NCBI RefSeq assembly: GCF_041956535.1
Contig: NW_027192198.1
Coordinates: 967,109-1,028,337, forward strand
Direction of reading: 5' to 3'
DNA length: 61,229 nucleotides
From: Calcarisporiella thermophila CBS 279.70
Lineage: Eukaryota > Fungi > Calcarisporiellomycota
Part shown: in pieces, positions 50,471 to 61,229 of the stretch
Layout of the letters: each line of letters starts with the position of its first letter
Position numbering within the stretch: the stretch's first letter is position 1
The notes under the pieces: model-generated
Databases searched by the model: none
The model's input: the letters and a program-made list of their open reading frames with translations, nothing else
What the model was told of the DNA's origin: nothing
Position numbers and translations under genes: made by a program

Positions 50471-50489
50471 TTGCGAGTGGGCGACCGGA

Positions 50490-50804
50490 TTTTTTTTTTT
50501 GATCAATCAACGGAGACTTTTATTAGTTTCCGTAGCTTACAAGAGTTTAATGATTACAATGAAATAAGAAAGGGAGGAATAAAGGAGTGGAGATATAGTT
50601 AGGTGGCAAGGTGGAACTTAGATTTTGACAATTTATGTTAGCCCAGAAAGGGAGAGAAGAGAAGAAAGTAAAGAAACGCAAGGGGGTAAGGATATAGAGA
50701 AGGTGATAAACGTGGAGTATGGGAATAAAGGGTAGCTTAGATGTATATAGTGATCGGGTATTTGGTGAAAGATATGAAGTAAGGAGGAGGGGAGGTGGTA
50801 AAGA
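50490..50804 (-). mobile_element. 5'-truncated non-LTR element 3' UTR (T2c), tRNA-proximal
   Basis: T11 tail 50490-50500; minus-strand end TGTAAGCT-ACGGAAACT-AATAAA-AGTCTCCGT-TGATTGATC-polyA; pyrimidine-rich UTR; repeat GGGCGACCG at 50479-50487 and 50805-50813. Confidence 0.7.
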
Positions 50805-50879
50805 GGGCGACCGAGAGCTATTATTGGTTATGGAATAAAATTATTCAAATATGATTTTCTAAACTCTATTTCAACGTTA

Positions 50880-50952
50880 GCCCGGCTAGCTCAATCGGTA
50901 GAGCGTGAGACTCTTAATCTCAAGGTTGTGGGTTCGACCCCCACGTTGGGCG
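50880..50952 (+). tRNA. tRNA-Lys(CTT), copy 2
   Basis: Identical 73-nt sequence to copy 1; T-run terminator at ~50956. Confidence 0.98.
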
Positions 50953-51719
50953 CTATTTTTTCATTTTTGGCAATAGAATAATTGCTTTATCAAACATTTC
51001 TATCAATAGAGTATTCGACTTTGATAATATTTTTTTATTGAGAGAATCATTGTTAAAAAGTATCCTATTCAATAAAAATGAATGATGCCAGATGTTTATC
51101 GTTTAGAGAATAAAGAAGAAAATAGGTGATAAAATAACCACTACAATATATTCTTGAGGGATTAGAGAAATATAGAAGGAAAAAAAGAGAAAAGAAATCA
51201 GTTACAAAAAGAAAAAAAAATAAAGATGAAAATAACAGCTCTGTATTTATATATAGGGTAAGAGGAATGTCAACTATAATTATTATAAAAAAATTAAAAG
51301 TCTATATATTTCAATATTTCATAGTGATAGAATAATTAGGATATTGGATGGAGAAGTTCAGGATTCCAAATATTTGTAGTCTAGCTTCTCTAACCTAACG
51401 TGCGAATCCTCTTTTTATTATCCTTTGAGGAGATGGACTGCTATTCGATTCTCCCAATTCTGTGCAGTTCGTATTCTAGCTACATCTTTCGTTTAGTTGA
51501 ATTTATTACTTCTATATTATAGACTCGAAACTAACTTTCAAAGCATAATACTTCATTTTGGGAGCAAAATAAAAATATTTTCAAGTAATAGCTTTGAGTA
51601 TAAACAATTACATTAGTTTTCCTGATAGGCAGAACCATGTGTGGGATATCAGTTAAATAATATTATAAGAGATAACATTACAGGTATAATTTTTTGAAAT
51701 ACACCATCTGAGTTAAAAC

Positions 51720-51762
51720 CTTTTTTTTTCCTATAGGGACGCGAGAAATTGCGTCCTGTGGT
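51720..51762 (-). mobile_element. Minimal ~43-bp retro-insertion (3' hairpin + poly(A)) of the T2b family
   Basis: T9-CCTATAGGGACGCGAGAAATTGCGTCCTGTGGT nearly identical to 50125-50168; flanked by 11-bp direct repeat TGAGTTAAAAC (51709-51719, 51763-51773). Confidence 0.8.
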
Positions 51763-52154
51763 TGAGTTAAAACGATTCGAGGAAGAGCCAATTGAGCCAG
51801 GATTCCCAGGACACGGAAATATTAGGCGTGTCAGCATGAGTTCTTAGAGTTGAGTAATAGTGACTTTCCGAAATGTCGTATTTGATTAGGATTCGGAAAC
51901 TAGGGTGATTGAGGTACTAAAGTACTTTAACAAGGATTACAAGTAGTAGACTAGATTCGTATCACTTAGGAATCGAAATGTATCCCTCATCTAGCGATCT
52001 ATTCCCACGAGCTACGTCATCATTAAAACGAAACCTCTATTATCACATTCATTTTCACACCTGTTCAAAGCAAATTTTTCTATATATCGGCAAGAGAGAA
52101 TATATTTTTGAATTAGCCCTTTGTCTTCAAACACACATCAATAAACTCCTGAAA

Positions 52155-54138
52155 ATGTCGTTTTTCGGTAGATTACCGAAACGCGTCCCATCTATTACTC
52201 CTTCTCTTCGTTTGCGACTACCACTAACTCAGCGACTACCATGTCGAAACCATTTCATCCCCACATATCGGCTTCAAGCTTCTCGCACATTCACTACTGC
52301 AGCCCCTCGTCATCTCGCTGCAGTCACACCGGACACCGAAGTTGATCCACGCCTCACCGCTGAACGCTTTGTTGATGAGACTGATGTTGTAATTGTAGGT
52401 GCTGGCCCCGCTGGGCTGGCTGCGGCTATTCGATTGAAACAATTGGCAAATGCTGAGAACAAGGAAATCCGTGTTGTAGTATTAGAAAAAGCTGGTGAAG
52501 TTGGAGCACATACTTTAAGTGGGGCTGTGCTTGAGCCTAGAGCACTTAATGAGTTGATTCCAGATTGGAAAGAGAGAGAGGTGAGTGCTTAATCTTTGAA
52601 TGCTGCTATATTTTATTCTAATATCTGCTATTATGAGTTAGGCCCCGTTAAATCAACCGGCTCTCCACGATAAAATGCGATTTTTAACTTCGAAATATGC
52701 GATTCCACTTCCACATCCGCCTCAAATGAATAACACAGGAAATTATATTGTTAGCCTTAGCAATTTTGTTAAATGGTTGGGACAACAGGCCGAAGAGATT
52801 GGTGTCGAGGTCTTCCCGGGCTTTGCGGCGACAGAAGTATTGTATGACGAACAAGGTGCAGTGAAGGGAATTGCAACAAATGACATGGGAATAGATAAAA
52901 GTGGGAAGCCAAAGGTATATTCCAGCATTTTTTTTTCCTTTGTAAAAATTACTTATTTGAATCCGTTTTTGACTTAGGATCATTTTGAGCGCGGAATGGA
53001 GTTCCACTCCAAAGTCACTTTACTTGCTGAAGGCTGCCATGGTTCGCTTACCAAGTGGCTCGCCCGCAAATATAATCTCCGTGCAAATTGCGAACCCCAG
53101 ACATATGGTATCGGACTCAAGGAGGTGTGGGAGATTGACTCAGCTAAACACGAGCCCGGTCTGGTTGTCCACACGCTCGGCTATCCTCTCGATCGGATGA
53201 CCTATGGAGGAGGTTTTATGTATCACATGGAAAATAATCTTGTTTCTCTTGGGCTAGTAGTTGGTCTAGATTATCAGAACCCCTATTTGTCTCCTTATAA
53301 GGAGTTCCAGCGGTATAAAAGCCATCCTTTCCTCCGCAAGTATTTGGAAGGTGGCAAATGCATCTCTTATGGGGCCAGAGCCTTAAATGAGGGAGGGTAT
53401 CAATCGATTCCTCAGCTTGCATTCCCAGGAGGAGCCTTAATCGGGGCAACCGCTGGATTCATGAATGTGCCAAAAATTAAAGGTACTCATACAGCAATGA
53501 AATCCGGGATGCTTGCTGCAGAATCAGCCTTCCGTGCTCTTAATTCGAGCGGAGATGTCAGTGGCCCAGTCATGCTTGAAGATTATGAGAAAAATCTACG
53601 TGAGTCTTGGGTGGCGAAGGAGCTTTGGGAGATTCGCAATGTGCGCCCGTCTTTCCACACGTCCCTCGGTTTATATGGTGGAATGATGTGGTCGGGTATT
53701 GACACCCTTATTCTGAAAGGGAAAGTTCCTTTCACTTTCCATCATAAAGGCCCAGATTATGCCCAACTCAAGCCCGCGAGTCAATTTAAACCTATCGATT
53801 ACCCCAAGCCTGACGGTGTCATTACATTCGACTTGCTTGAGTCTGTATCGCGAACGGGAACCAACCATGAGGAGGATCAGCCTGTGCACCTGCAAGTTGC
53901 GGATAAACGTCGTGCAGTGGAGAGGAACCTTAATGTGTATGCTGGGCCTGAATCCCGATTCTGCCCTGCTGGAGTGTATGAGTTTGTGGAGGATGAGTCA
54001 AATCCGGGCGAAATGCGTTTGCAGATTAACGCGCAAAATTGCATACACTGTAAGACGTGCGATATCAAGGATGTTAGCCAAGGAATTAATTGGGTACCAC
54101 CACAGGGTGGAGAGGGACCTAAATACGTTCTGACTTAA
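52155..54138 (+). CDS. ETFDH: Electron transfer flavoprotein-ubiquinone oxidoreductase (ETF-QO/Cir2)
   Basis: Mitochondrial presequence; [41 protein letters not shown]...[12 protein letters not shown]. Confidence 0.97.
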
Positions 54139-54650
54139 CTGATCTTTTAATAGTATTGAATGGTATTTTTTCTCTGATCATGGCCAGCATTCACTATGGT
54201 CTATATATTATCCTCCCTACTCTCCTTTTTTTATCATGTAAACTCTCTACAAAATGCAAAGGTGGAATCACCTTATAAAAAACGATTCTCTAACTCTTGA
54301 AATTTTAGTTGAAGTTATTGAGTTATCCTAAAGATTCCTCCAATTTTTCTAACACAAGCACCCATTTTTGAATGATTTTTCTCAGGCTTTTTCGCAAATT
54401 TGATAGTAATCTTATAAATGTTTTGTTTCTGCATTAGCAAAGGGTATCATTATTATAAGAAGAGGCATAGTGATTCTTTATAATATAAATATAAAGATTG
54501 CATATTATGCAATCCAACTACACAATCCCCGTACTTCACTTTTCATGGCTTAGGCCGATGACGTCGAAACCCTGCTCTATTCAATCTCGGCCATAGTTGT
54601 GCGTTCACGAATATTATCCTAAGGAATCATATAGATTACGCTTGTTTATA

Positions 54651-55696
54651 ATGCGATCGCACGCATTTCTATTATTGCTCTTTGCTGCATTCTCTTCATG
54701 TTTAGCATCACGTTCAGATTCATCTGCTCGCATTTCTAAACTTCAATCTCTTCAACGCGATGGCGGCGTTGTCCCCCTGAACTCCGCACTCTTTGACGAA
54801 TTTACGGCCACTCCCCGGACCTACGGTTTCGTCGTTCTCTTGACGGCTCTCGGGCGGGAGTTCAACTGTATCCCGTGCCGCAAATTTGATCCCGAATACC
54901 ATTTGGTCGCGTCAAGTTGGAAAAAGAAAAACGAGAAAAATGAAGAGAGAGCGTTGTTTTTTGGAAAATTGGATTTTAAAGATGGTCAAGAGATATATGC
55001 GCGATTGAAACTGACGACTGCCCCAAATATTCTTTATTATCCGCCCACCTCTGGTCCTTATGCAAGAAGTAACCCGGACCCTGTCCGATACGACTTGAAT
55101 AAAGGGTTTGAGGCTGAATCCTTGGCAGAATTCCTCGCCCCTCTTGTAGGCACAGAAGTCCCCGTCAAGCGTCCGCTGAATTACACTCTCATCGCCTCGG
55201 TTGCTTTCCTTTTTGCAGGTGTACTTGCTTCCTTTAAAATAATGTATCCCAAGGTTATGAAAGTCGTGCAGAGCAGGAACACATGGATGTTTGCTACCTT
55301 GGTGACGGTATTTATGATGTGTAGTGGGCACATGTGGAACCAGATTCGAAAACCGCCCTATGTCGCTGGCAATAGAGGAAAGATCCAATATATAGCGAGT
55401 GGATATCAGAATCAATATGGGATTGAGAGTCAAATTATTGCAGTCTTATGTAAGTGATTCCTAGCATTTTTCAATGAGTTGCGCTGATATATCCAATTAT
55501 GCCGGTCCTCTTTATAGATGCTGGCTGCGCGCTGAGCGTAGTCGTACTTACCGTCGCTGCACCCAAAATTGCAGATGGTGCGAAGCAGCGAATTGTTGTG
55601 TATGCTGCAATGGGCACCTTTATCTTCTTGTTTAGTCTGATTAATTCACTTTTCCGAACGAAACAGCCCAGCTATCCCATCCGGCTTTTCCTCTAA
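54651..55696 (+). CDS. Oligosaccharyltransferase subunit Ost3/Ost6 (thioredoxin-like CxxC + 4 TM)
   Basis: Signal peptide, LLTAL...CIPC, SGHMWNQIRKPPY, QNQYGIESQI, K.PSYP C-terminus; intron ~55450-55518. Confidence 0.93.
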
Positions 55697-55890
55697 AAAT
55701 TTCAATACATTCTTTTCTGGTAATCTATATGGCAAAATTCCATCTCTAATGTGATATATGAACTTGTATTCGATGTCGAAATCACAAAGGAAGAAATCAT
55801 AAAAAACAAACATAGCCCAGGCAGAGGCAAACACGATGGGATGTAAAAGAATGACAAAAGCATAGTATAAATTACAATATATTCTCAAAA

Positions 55891-56825
55891 TTACACTGAG
55901 TTTTCCCCAGCTTCCGCCTCACTACTTCTCATGGCGATAATTCTCTCCATCTTCAGAGCCTGGATATATGCCACCACTGCTCTTACCAATATAAACCACC
56001 CCACGACCATTAAGACTAGGGACATGCCTATATTTAGGGACATACTGCTATCGCTATCGGAGGGGTCGACCGAGCTCCCATCATCACTAGAGCTATTATC
56101 AGTGGAATTAAGTGGTCGAGAATGAAGGAAAAAGCCAATTTGAATTAGAGTAAGACCGAGTCCAGCTTTGGATCCGTTCTAAGATTAAAAGAAAACACAA
56201 AATGTCATTACAAGTGCCGGATGGATGTAATATTCGAACGAATTACCTTGGCAGCATGTGTCACATGTAATAAATAGGTAAGCATGAATCCCACAAACTG
56301 GAATCCGACTGATATCAGCATATTCCATAGGAATGAGAAGAGGCTTCCAACTGGCATGCCTTCTACTAGAATTTCATCACTCTCAAGTGAAGGGATTACT
56401 GTCACTTCATACTCGAAAGGCGGCGGAGCATCCAGGGCGGCAGCTTCGTATGAGGGTGGGAGATCGTCCTCTTTGGCAGCTCCAGTAGTGGGCTTTGCTG
56501 TAAGATTAGAAAAGACGCCATCGGTACTATGGATCTGGAGATGGTGTGAATGAGATTGAGGCGGAGGAGGTGTAGTGGTATTTTGAGAAGGCAGAAGAGG
56601 ATTATTTTCTGTGGCAGTGAGGGAATCGTTTTCGTGGTCGGGCTCTAAAGCATCATTGTCATTGTGAAGATCATTCGACAGACTGGAAGTTGCGTGCGAT
56701 GGTTGAGAAAAAGAGGGTAACTCTGTATCTGGATCTATAGTACTGACCTACGTCAAATTTGTCATGATTAATAAAGTCACTAGTGAAATTATCATTTGTC
56801 ATTTTACTTTATGAAATCTTGACAT
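55891..56825 (-). CDS. BSD2: Bsd2/Ndfip-like Rsp5 adaptor (PY motifs, 3 TM)
   Basis: DGVFSNLTAKP, PPSYEAAALDAPPPFE, GMPVGSLFSFLWNMLISVGFQFVGFMLTYLLHVTHAAK|NGSKAGLGLTLIQ. Confidence 0.9.
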
Positions 56826-57451
56826 AGTATGTTGGTCGGTGTTTGTGAAGAAGGTGTGATACGGAAAAAATTATGGATGCAGTTCAAATGAATCAGTAGA
56901 ATTTTCTAGAGTAGCACAGATACGTATCCACTTCTTAAAAATATAATCAAAAATTTTACTCCGAGAACCAGCAGAATCGAAGAGAAAAAATATGAGTCAG
57001 ATTCTATTTGGCGCAATGCGCAAAATATAAAATGCCCGCCGAGCCGCTCTTCCCTTTTCTTCTTGGTTTTTAATTTTAATCATATTATTATTTTTCATAT
57101 CCCCATTAGTTTTATAGATATTGTGTAGTCATCATGTCGCAATACTAAACGGAAAGTTTCTCCTTTCCCCAACTCCTTCCCTTTCAGCCAAATCAGCACT
57201 TATTTTTCCAAAATGTCTTCCTCTTTGACATCCACTCTCGTTTTAACGAGTTCCTTTTCGTCTTCGACCTCCACTTTTAGCTCTACAAGCTCTACAATTC
57301 TTCTTGGTTCATCCTATTATTGGACAATTTCATCTAGTATTCTTTAGACACTTTTCATAGACTATTTATCCTGACAAGTCTTGTACAAAGTTGTTCTTTT
57401 TTTTGCTCCAACTCTTCCTTTTATATAGTCTATTTTGTAAAAAAATTCAAA

Positions 57452-58489
57452 ATGCCTGCAGATATTCAATCGGAATATGCGCTCTCCAAACTTGGAGAGG
57501 TCCTCGATGGCGATCTCGAGCTCTTGGATGTGATCGGTAGTGGCTCCTACGGTTTTCTCTATCTCGCTCGCTCTATTTCCAATGACACCTATTATGCCGT
57601 GAAGCGCCTTTCGAAATATGGATTATCTTCCGCCGAACTCGAGTATCAACGGGTCGAACATTCTCTACACTCTCGTCTTCACCACTCCAATATTGTTAAA
57701 CTTGACCGAGTTTTCGACACATATCAAGACACTTGGATTGTCATGGAGCTTTGCGCTGGTGGAGATCTTTTTGATTTGATTGAGTCTAGTGGGAGTACCG
57801 ACCTTGAGCAAGCTGAAGCAGTATCAATGTTTGGACAGATAGTAGAAGCAGTATATCACGCGCACTCACGTGGCGTTTATCATCGCGACATCAAGCCTGA
57901 AAACATACTAGTTGCCGAGGACGGAACCCTGAAACTAGCAGATTTTGGACTAGCCACCGAAGAAAGATACGTTCCAGAATATGGCTATGGAACGCTGGCC
58001 TATATTGCCCCTGAAATGCACGAAGATACTAAAACTGCTGGAGTTGTTGACGCTGCCAAAGGCGATGTCTGGTCCCTGGGAGTTCTACTGTTAGCCATGT
58101 TGACCGGAAAACATCCTTGGCAAGAGGCACATGAAAGGGATCCGATATATGCCCGTTATCTTCGAGACTCTTCCGTTCTTTCCGAGATGTTCCCACACAT
58201 TTCACAACGAGTAATGCGGCTCGTTATGGCACTTTTGACGGTAAATCCCCTACATCGTCCAGATATTATGGAGGCGAAGAAGCTGCTTAACTCTCTTTCA
58301 CTCGCAACCGAGGGGGCCAATGGTTCAGAGGAAGATGAAGGTTATGGCTCACTTAAATCGTCCATTGCGCCTGGATCTCTTGGCTGCTGGTCGGAAATTG
58401 ATGAGGAGGGTGAGATGGATTTCTCTCAACCAGTTAGTTTTGAGGACGATTGGCAAGTTGAGGATGGGGTGTTTGTATGCGAGCTTTAA
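57452..58489 (+). CDS. Ser/Thr protein kinase, Ran1/Pat1/Sks1-like, intronless
   Basis: GSGSYG, YAVKRL, HRDIKPENIL, LADFGLAT, APE, DVWSLG, PWQEA...DPIY..YL. Confidence 0.9.
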   Translation: MPADIQSEYALSKLGEVLDGDLELLDVIGSGSYGFLYLARSISNDTYYAVKRLSKYGLSSAELEYQRVEHSLHSRLHHSNIVKLDRVFDTYQDTWIVMELCAGGDLFDLIESSGSTDLEQAEAVSMFGQIVEAVYHAHSRGVYHRDIKPENILVAEDGTLKLADFGLATEERYVPEYGYGTLAYIAPEMHEDTKTAGVVDAAKGDVWSLGVLLLAMLTGKHPWQEAHERDPIYARYLRDSSVLSEMFPHISQRVMRLVMALLTVNPLHRPDIMEAKKLLNSLSLATEGANGSEEDEGYGSLKSSIAPGSLGCWSEIDEEGEMDFSQPVSFEDDWQVEDGVFVCEL

Positions 58490-59161
58490 TCCTTGTTATT
58501 CTTTTACTGCTTATTCTTCCTCTAATGGAATTTTATTTTGGGAATAATTCTTTATTGTTTATTGGGAATAATAAATCATCATTCCAAGATTTCTAATTCT
58601 TAATTCCATAAATGGAAATCGTCATATCTAATGATGGTATGACGTTTAATCGAAGCATCGAGAAACAAACCTAAAAATATTCGCAAAATGAAATGGCTCA
58701 GTTGATTGGACAGTATTTTCAGAAAGACGATTATGCGAGGGGGAAAAGCATGTTTAACCAAGCTGCATGTATGGTGTAAACCGTCAACAGTGTGCCAACC
58801 AAAAATAAAATTTTTATCAACTCCAATTAGTTAAACGGAGTCTGTGTAAAAAGCCTCTTAGTCCATATGGCTAGACTTTGGAAAGCATTCGCTCATCTTT
58901 CTAATTGCATTTCACCATCTCAATCAAAGGACTAGGAGTATACCACCACGCGCATTTCTACCGATTTTATTCTGTCCTCCAGTACCCTGAATAATTTCGT
59001 TGAAGAATAGTTTCATTCCAAATAAATTGTGAAAAGGTATAATTGATAGAATGCAACGCTAGGGTCGCAATTGCTTGAAAAAGCACATCTGACATCAAGC
59101 AATTATTTATTCTCAGGGAGGTGATCTGCAATTTGTTAGTCTATTTCAAAACTGACCCGAA

Positions 59162-60073
59162 ATGCAACTACACGTCTACTCCGTCTGGATTGTGCTTACC
59201 CTTTTGGGACTACAAGCTGCTGCCCATCCCTACTCCTTTGATTCCGGAGGAAATGGACTCGTAAGGCGAGCCGATCCTCCTGCATCATCACAAGGAACTC
59301 CACTGCAGCCAAAGGAAGAACCCAAACCGTCTGATAACGGAACTAATCCCCCAGACAATGGTTCAAAGCCGGATAATAAGAATCCGCCCGATAATGGCAG
59401 TAAACCTCCAGGTACTAGTATCGATCCTTCTCCTTCACAACCATCCCAGCCGCCCGATAATGGGAATAAGCAACCACCAAATAATGGCAATAAACAATCA
59501 CCAGATAATAACAATTCCGGTGGTGGCAAAGTAGAACCACCGCCGGAGACTGTGAATCCGCCGGCTGTGCCTTCTCAACCCAATACGCCAAATCCTTCCA
59601 CACTTAATCCTAAAAATCCTGGCCCGACCCCTACTCCTGACCCAGTGCCTTCTACCTCACGTGGCCGTGGTCCTAGAACAAGTACATCCGTGGTGATAGT
59701 TCCTCCAGCCTCTTCGGGTGCCCTTGATCAAAGTCAATTGCGTCCTTCGCAATCTGTGCAGGCAATGGATGCGCAACCTCAACAGCAGGATAATAGTGGG
59801 GGCCAGTTAATGACTGCGGGTATTGCAATCGGATGCGTGGTTGTAGCTGCAGGCATTGGAATCTTTATTTTTAGGAAATGGAAATTATCTGTAAGTAGGC
59901 AGAGATGTTCTAACAGAATTCGCGATGACGATCTTTCTAAATTTTTTATATTCGCCTCCCGATAGCCCTCAAACAGGTTTAAAGACAAAATGAGAGGTAG
60001 TGATGCAGGGTTTGGGTTCACGCGCTCTCGGAAATCTAACGCAGATTTTCTACGTGAACTTCAAGACCCTTGA
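59162..60073 (+). CDS. Type I membrane protein with Pro/Asn-rich repeat ectodomain
   Basis: Signal peptide, RR site, repeated PPDNG(S/N)K units, TM, cytoplasmic IFRKWKLS|PSNRFKDKM...FLRELQDP* across intron 59891-59965. Confidence 0.82.
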
Positions 60074-61032
60074 GTTTTACACGCAATTCCTGTCAACTAA
60101 TACGTACAAAGTTTTCTATTATTTGCAAATTATTTAACGATTAGTATATGCTTATATTGTTCTTGTTTTTTATAGTTTTTCATAAGGAATTTATATATCT
60201 ATTATATTTCAGTTATATACACACCCCTCTTTGCATGATATTGGAAAATTCTTGTTTATCTTCATTTTTCCTTGGGTTTTTTTTTATTTCACAATTTTTA
60301 TCTAGGATAACCCTCTATTTTATAAAATATTCATATATATCGGATTTTATTTTAAATTTTCGAAAAATTTGAAAAGTACAAATCAGAACAATTTGGTAGA
60401 CTTGTAAAATAACTTGTAAAAAAAGAACGGACATGTTACTCATTTTGTACTCATGTCGACTGTTTTCTACAGTATATACGCAAACTGATATTTTACGCAT
60501 TAACGTTAGCAACTATTAACTCAATACTTGCCCACAGCAAAGGAGGAGAATCTTTCTTACAAAGGAATTATCTCAATATGAATTTAAACCATATATCTAG
60601 ATGAGACTCTGTCTAACATTTGTCAAATATCATATAAAATAATAATAGTAATTCTTTTCACTACCACACTTTATCAAATGTTGTAAAGTAATATTAAGTT
60701 GAAATTTAGGTGTATTGCGATTTTTTTGTAGTACATTTCATACGATAATTATACCATTTTCCATTTCATGTTGACTTGATATATCATTCCCTGTATTGAC
60801 TTCAAAGCGTCAAATCTAGATACGAACTTCTACATGGACAAGCGTAGTTCATCTCTTCATTTTTGCTTTCTTCACTTTAACTTAATATGAAAAATCCAGT
60901 AGCCATGAAACATTAGCATACCATTGGAAAAATGTAGTGATAATGTAGTGGGATTAATCCGATCATTGCTGTCTTTCTCAATGTTAATACTTGCAACTCT
61001 TGAAATCTGCTTAAGTGAAGCAAAAATAAGGA

Positions 61033-61105
61033 CGCCCAACGTGGGGGTCGAACCCACAACCTTGAGATTAAGAGTCTCACGCTCTACCGATTGAGCTAGC
61101 CGGGC
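61033..61105 (-). tRNA. tRNA-Lys(CTT), copy 3
   Basis: Identical 73-nt sequence to copies 1 and 2; downstream T-run. Confidence 0.98.
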
Positions 61106-61229
61106 CCTGACTGACTTGTTACGAGATAATTGGTTTTTTGTATGGGGAAATCACAGAGGCAGTCACATAGACATTCAGAAAGCATATTGAAAAGTATCCT
61201 ACTCTGTTAAACCTGGTGAGTGTTGAAAA

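Noticed and set aside
49749-50485. CRISPR array (identical repeats, equal-length unique spacers)
   Set aside because: Eukaryotic context, 15-bp repeats, 346-bp spacers starting with poly(T) and encoding ORF2 remnants, no cas genes; explained as TSDs

Overview
Gene-dense, intron-rich nuclear DNA from a fungus, most likely an early-diverging lineage (Mucoromycota/Zoopagomycota-like; inferred from short GT-AG introns, a cold-shock-domain gene and a divergent beta-tubulin). It holds about 27 protein-coding genes (Dma1-like FHA-RING, Sec2/Rabin8-like, MAPEG, beta-tubulin, Tup1, Mip1, Mdm10, Gbp2/Hrb1, tandem CCCH, taspase, NoxD/Pro41, CSD, Cmc4, Kex1-like, Rps17, Gpn1, Bet3, Nur1, eIF5A, fasciclin, ETF-QO, Ost3/6, Bsd2, Ran1-like kinase, orphan secreted/membrane proteins) and three identical tRNA-Lys(CTT) genes. 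The standout is a tRNA-gene-targeted non-LTR retrotransposon system. Two of the three tRNA-Lys genes carry stacks (2 and 4 copies) of 5'-truncated, poly(A)-tailed, TSD-flanked L1-like elements from several diverged families. All insert about 66-76 bp upstream of the tRNA, head-to-head with it, at unrelated target sequences. That is position-specific targeting like Dictyostelium TRE5, which I do not know to be described for fungal non-LTR elements. The elements end in conserved 3' stem-loops, and one carries an antisense tRNA-Lys-like segment in its 3' UTR. Other highlights: a Kex1-like carboxypeptidase lacking all three catalytic residues, and a beta-tubulin carrying H6L/E198A/F200Y benzimidazole-resistance residues.
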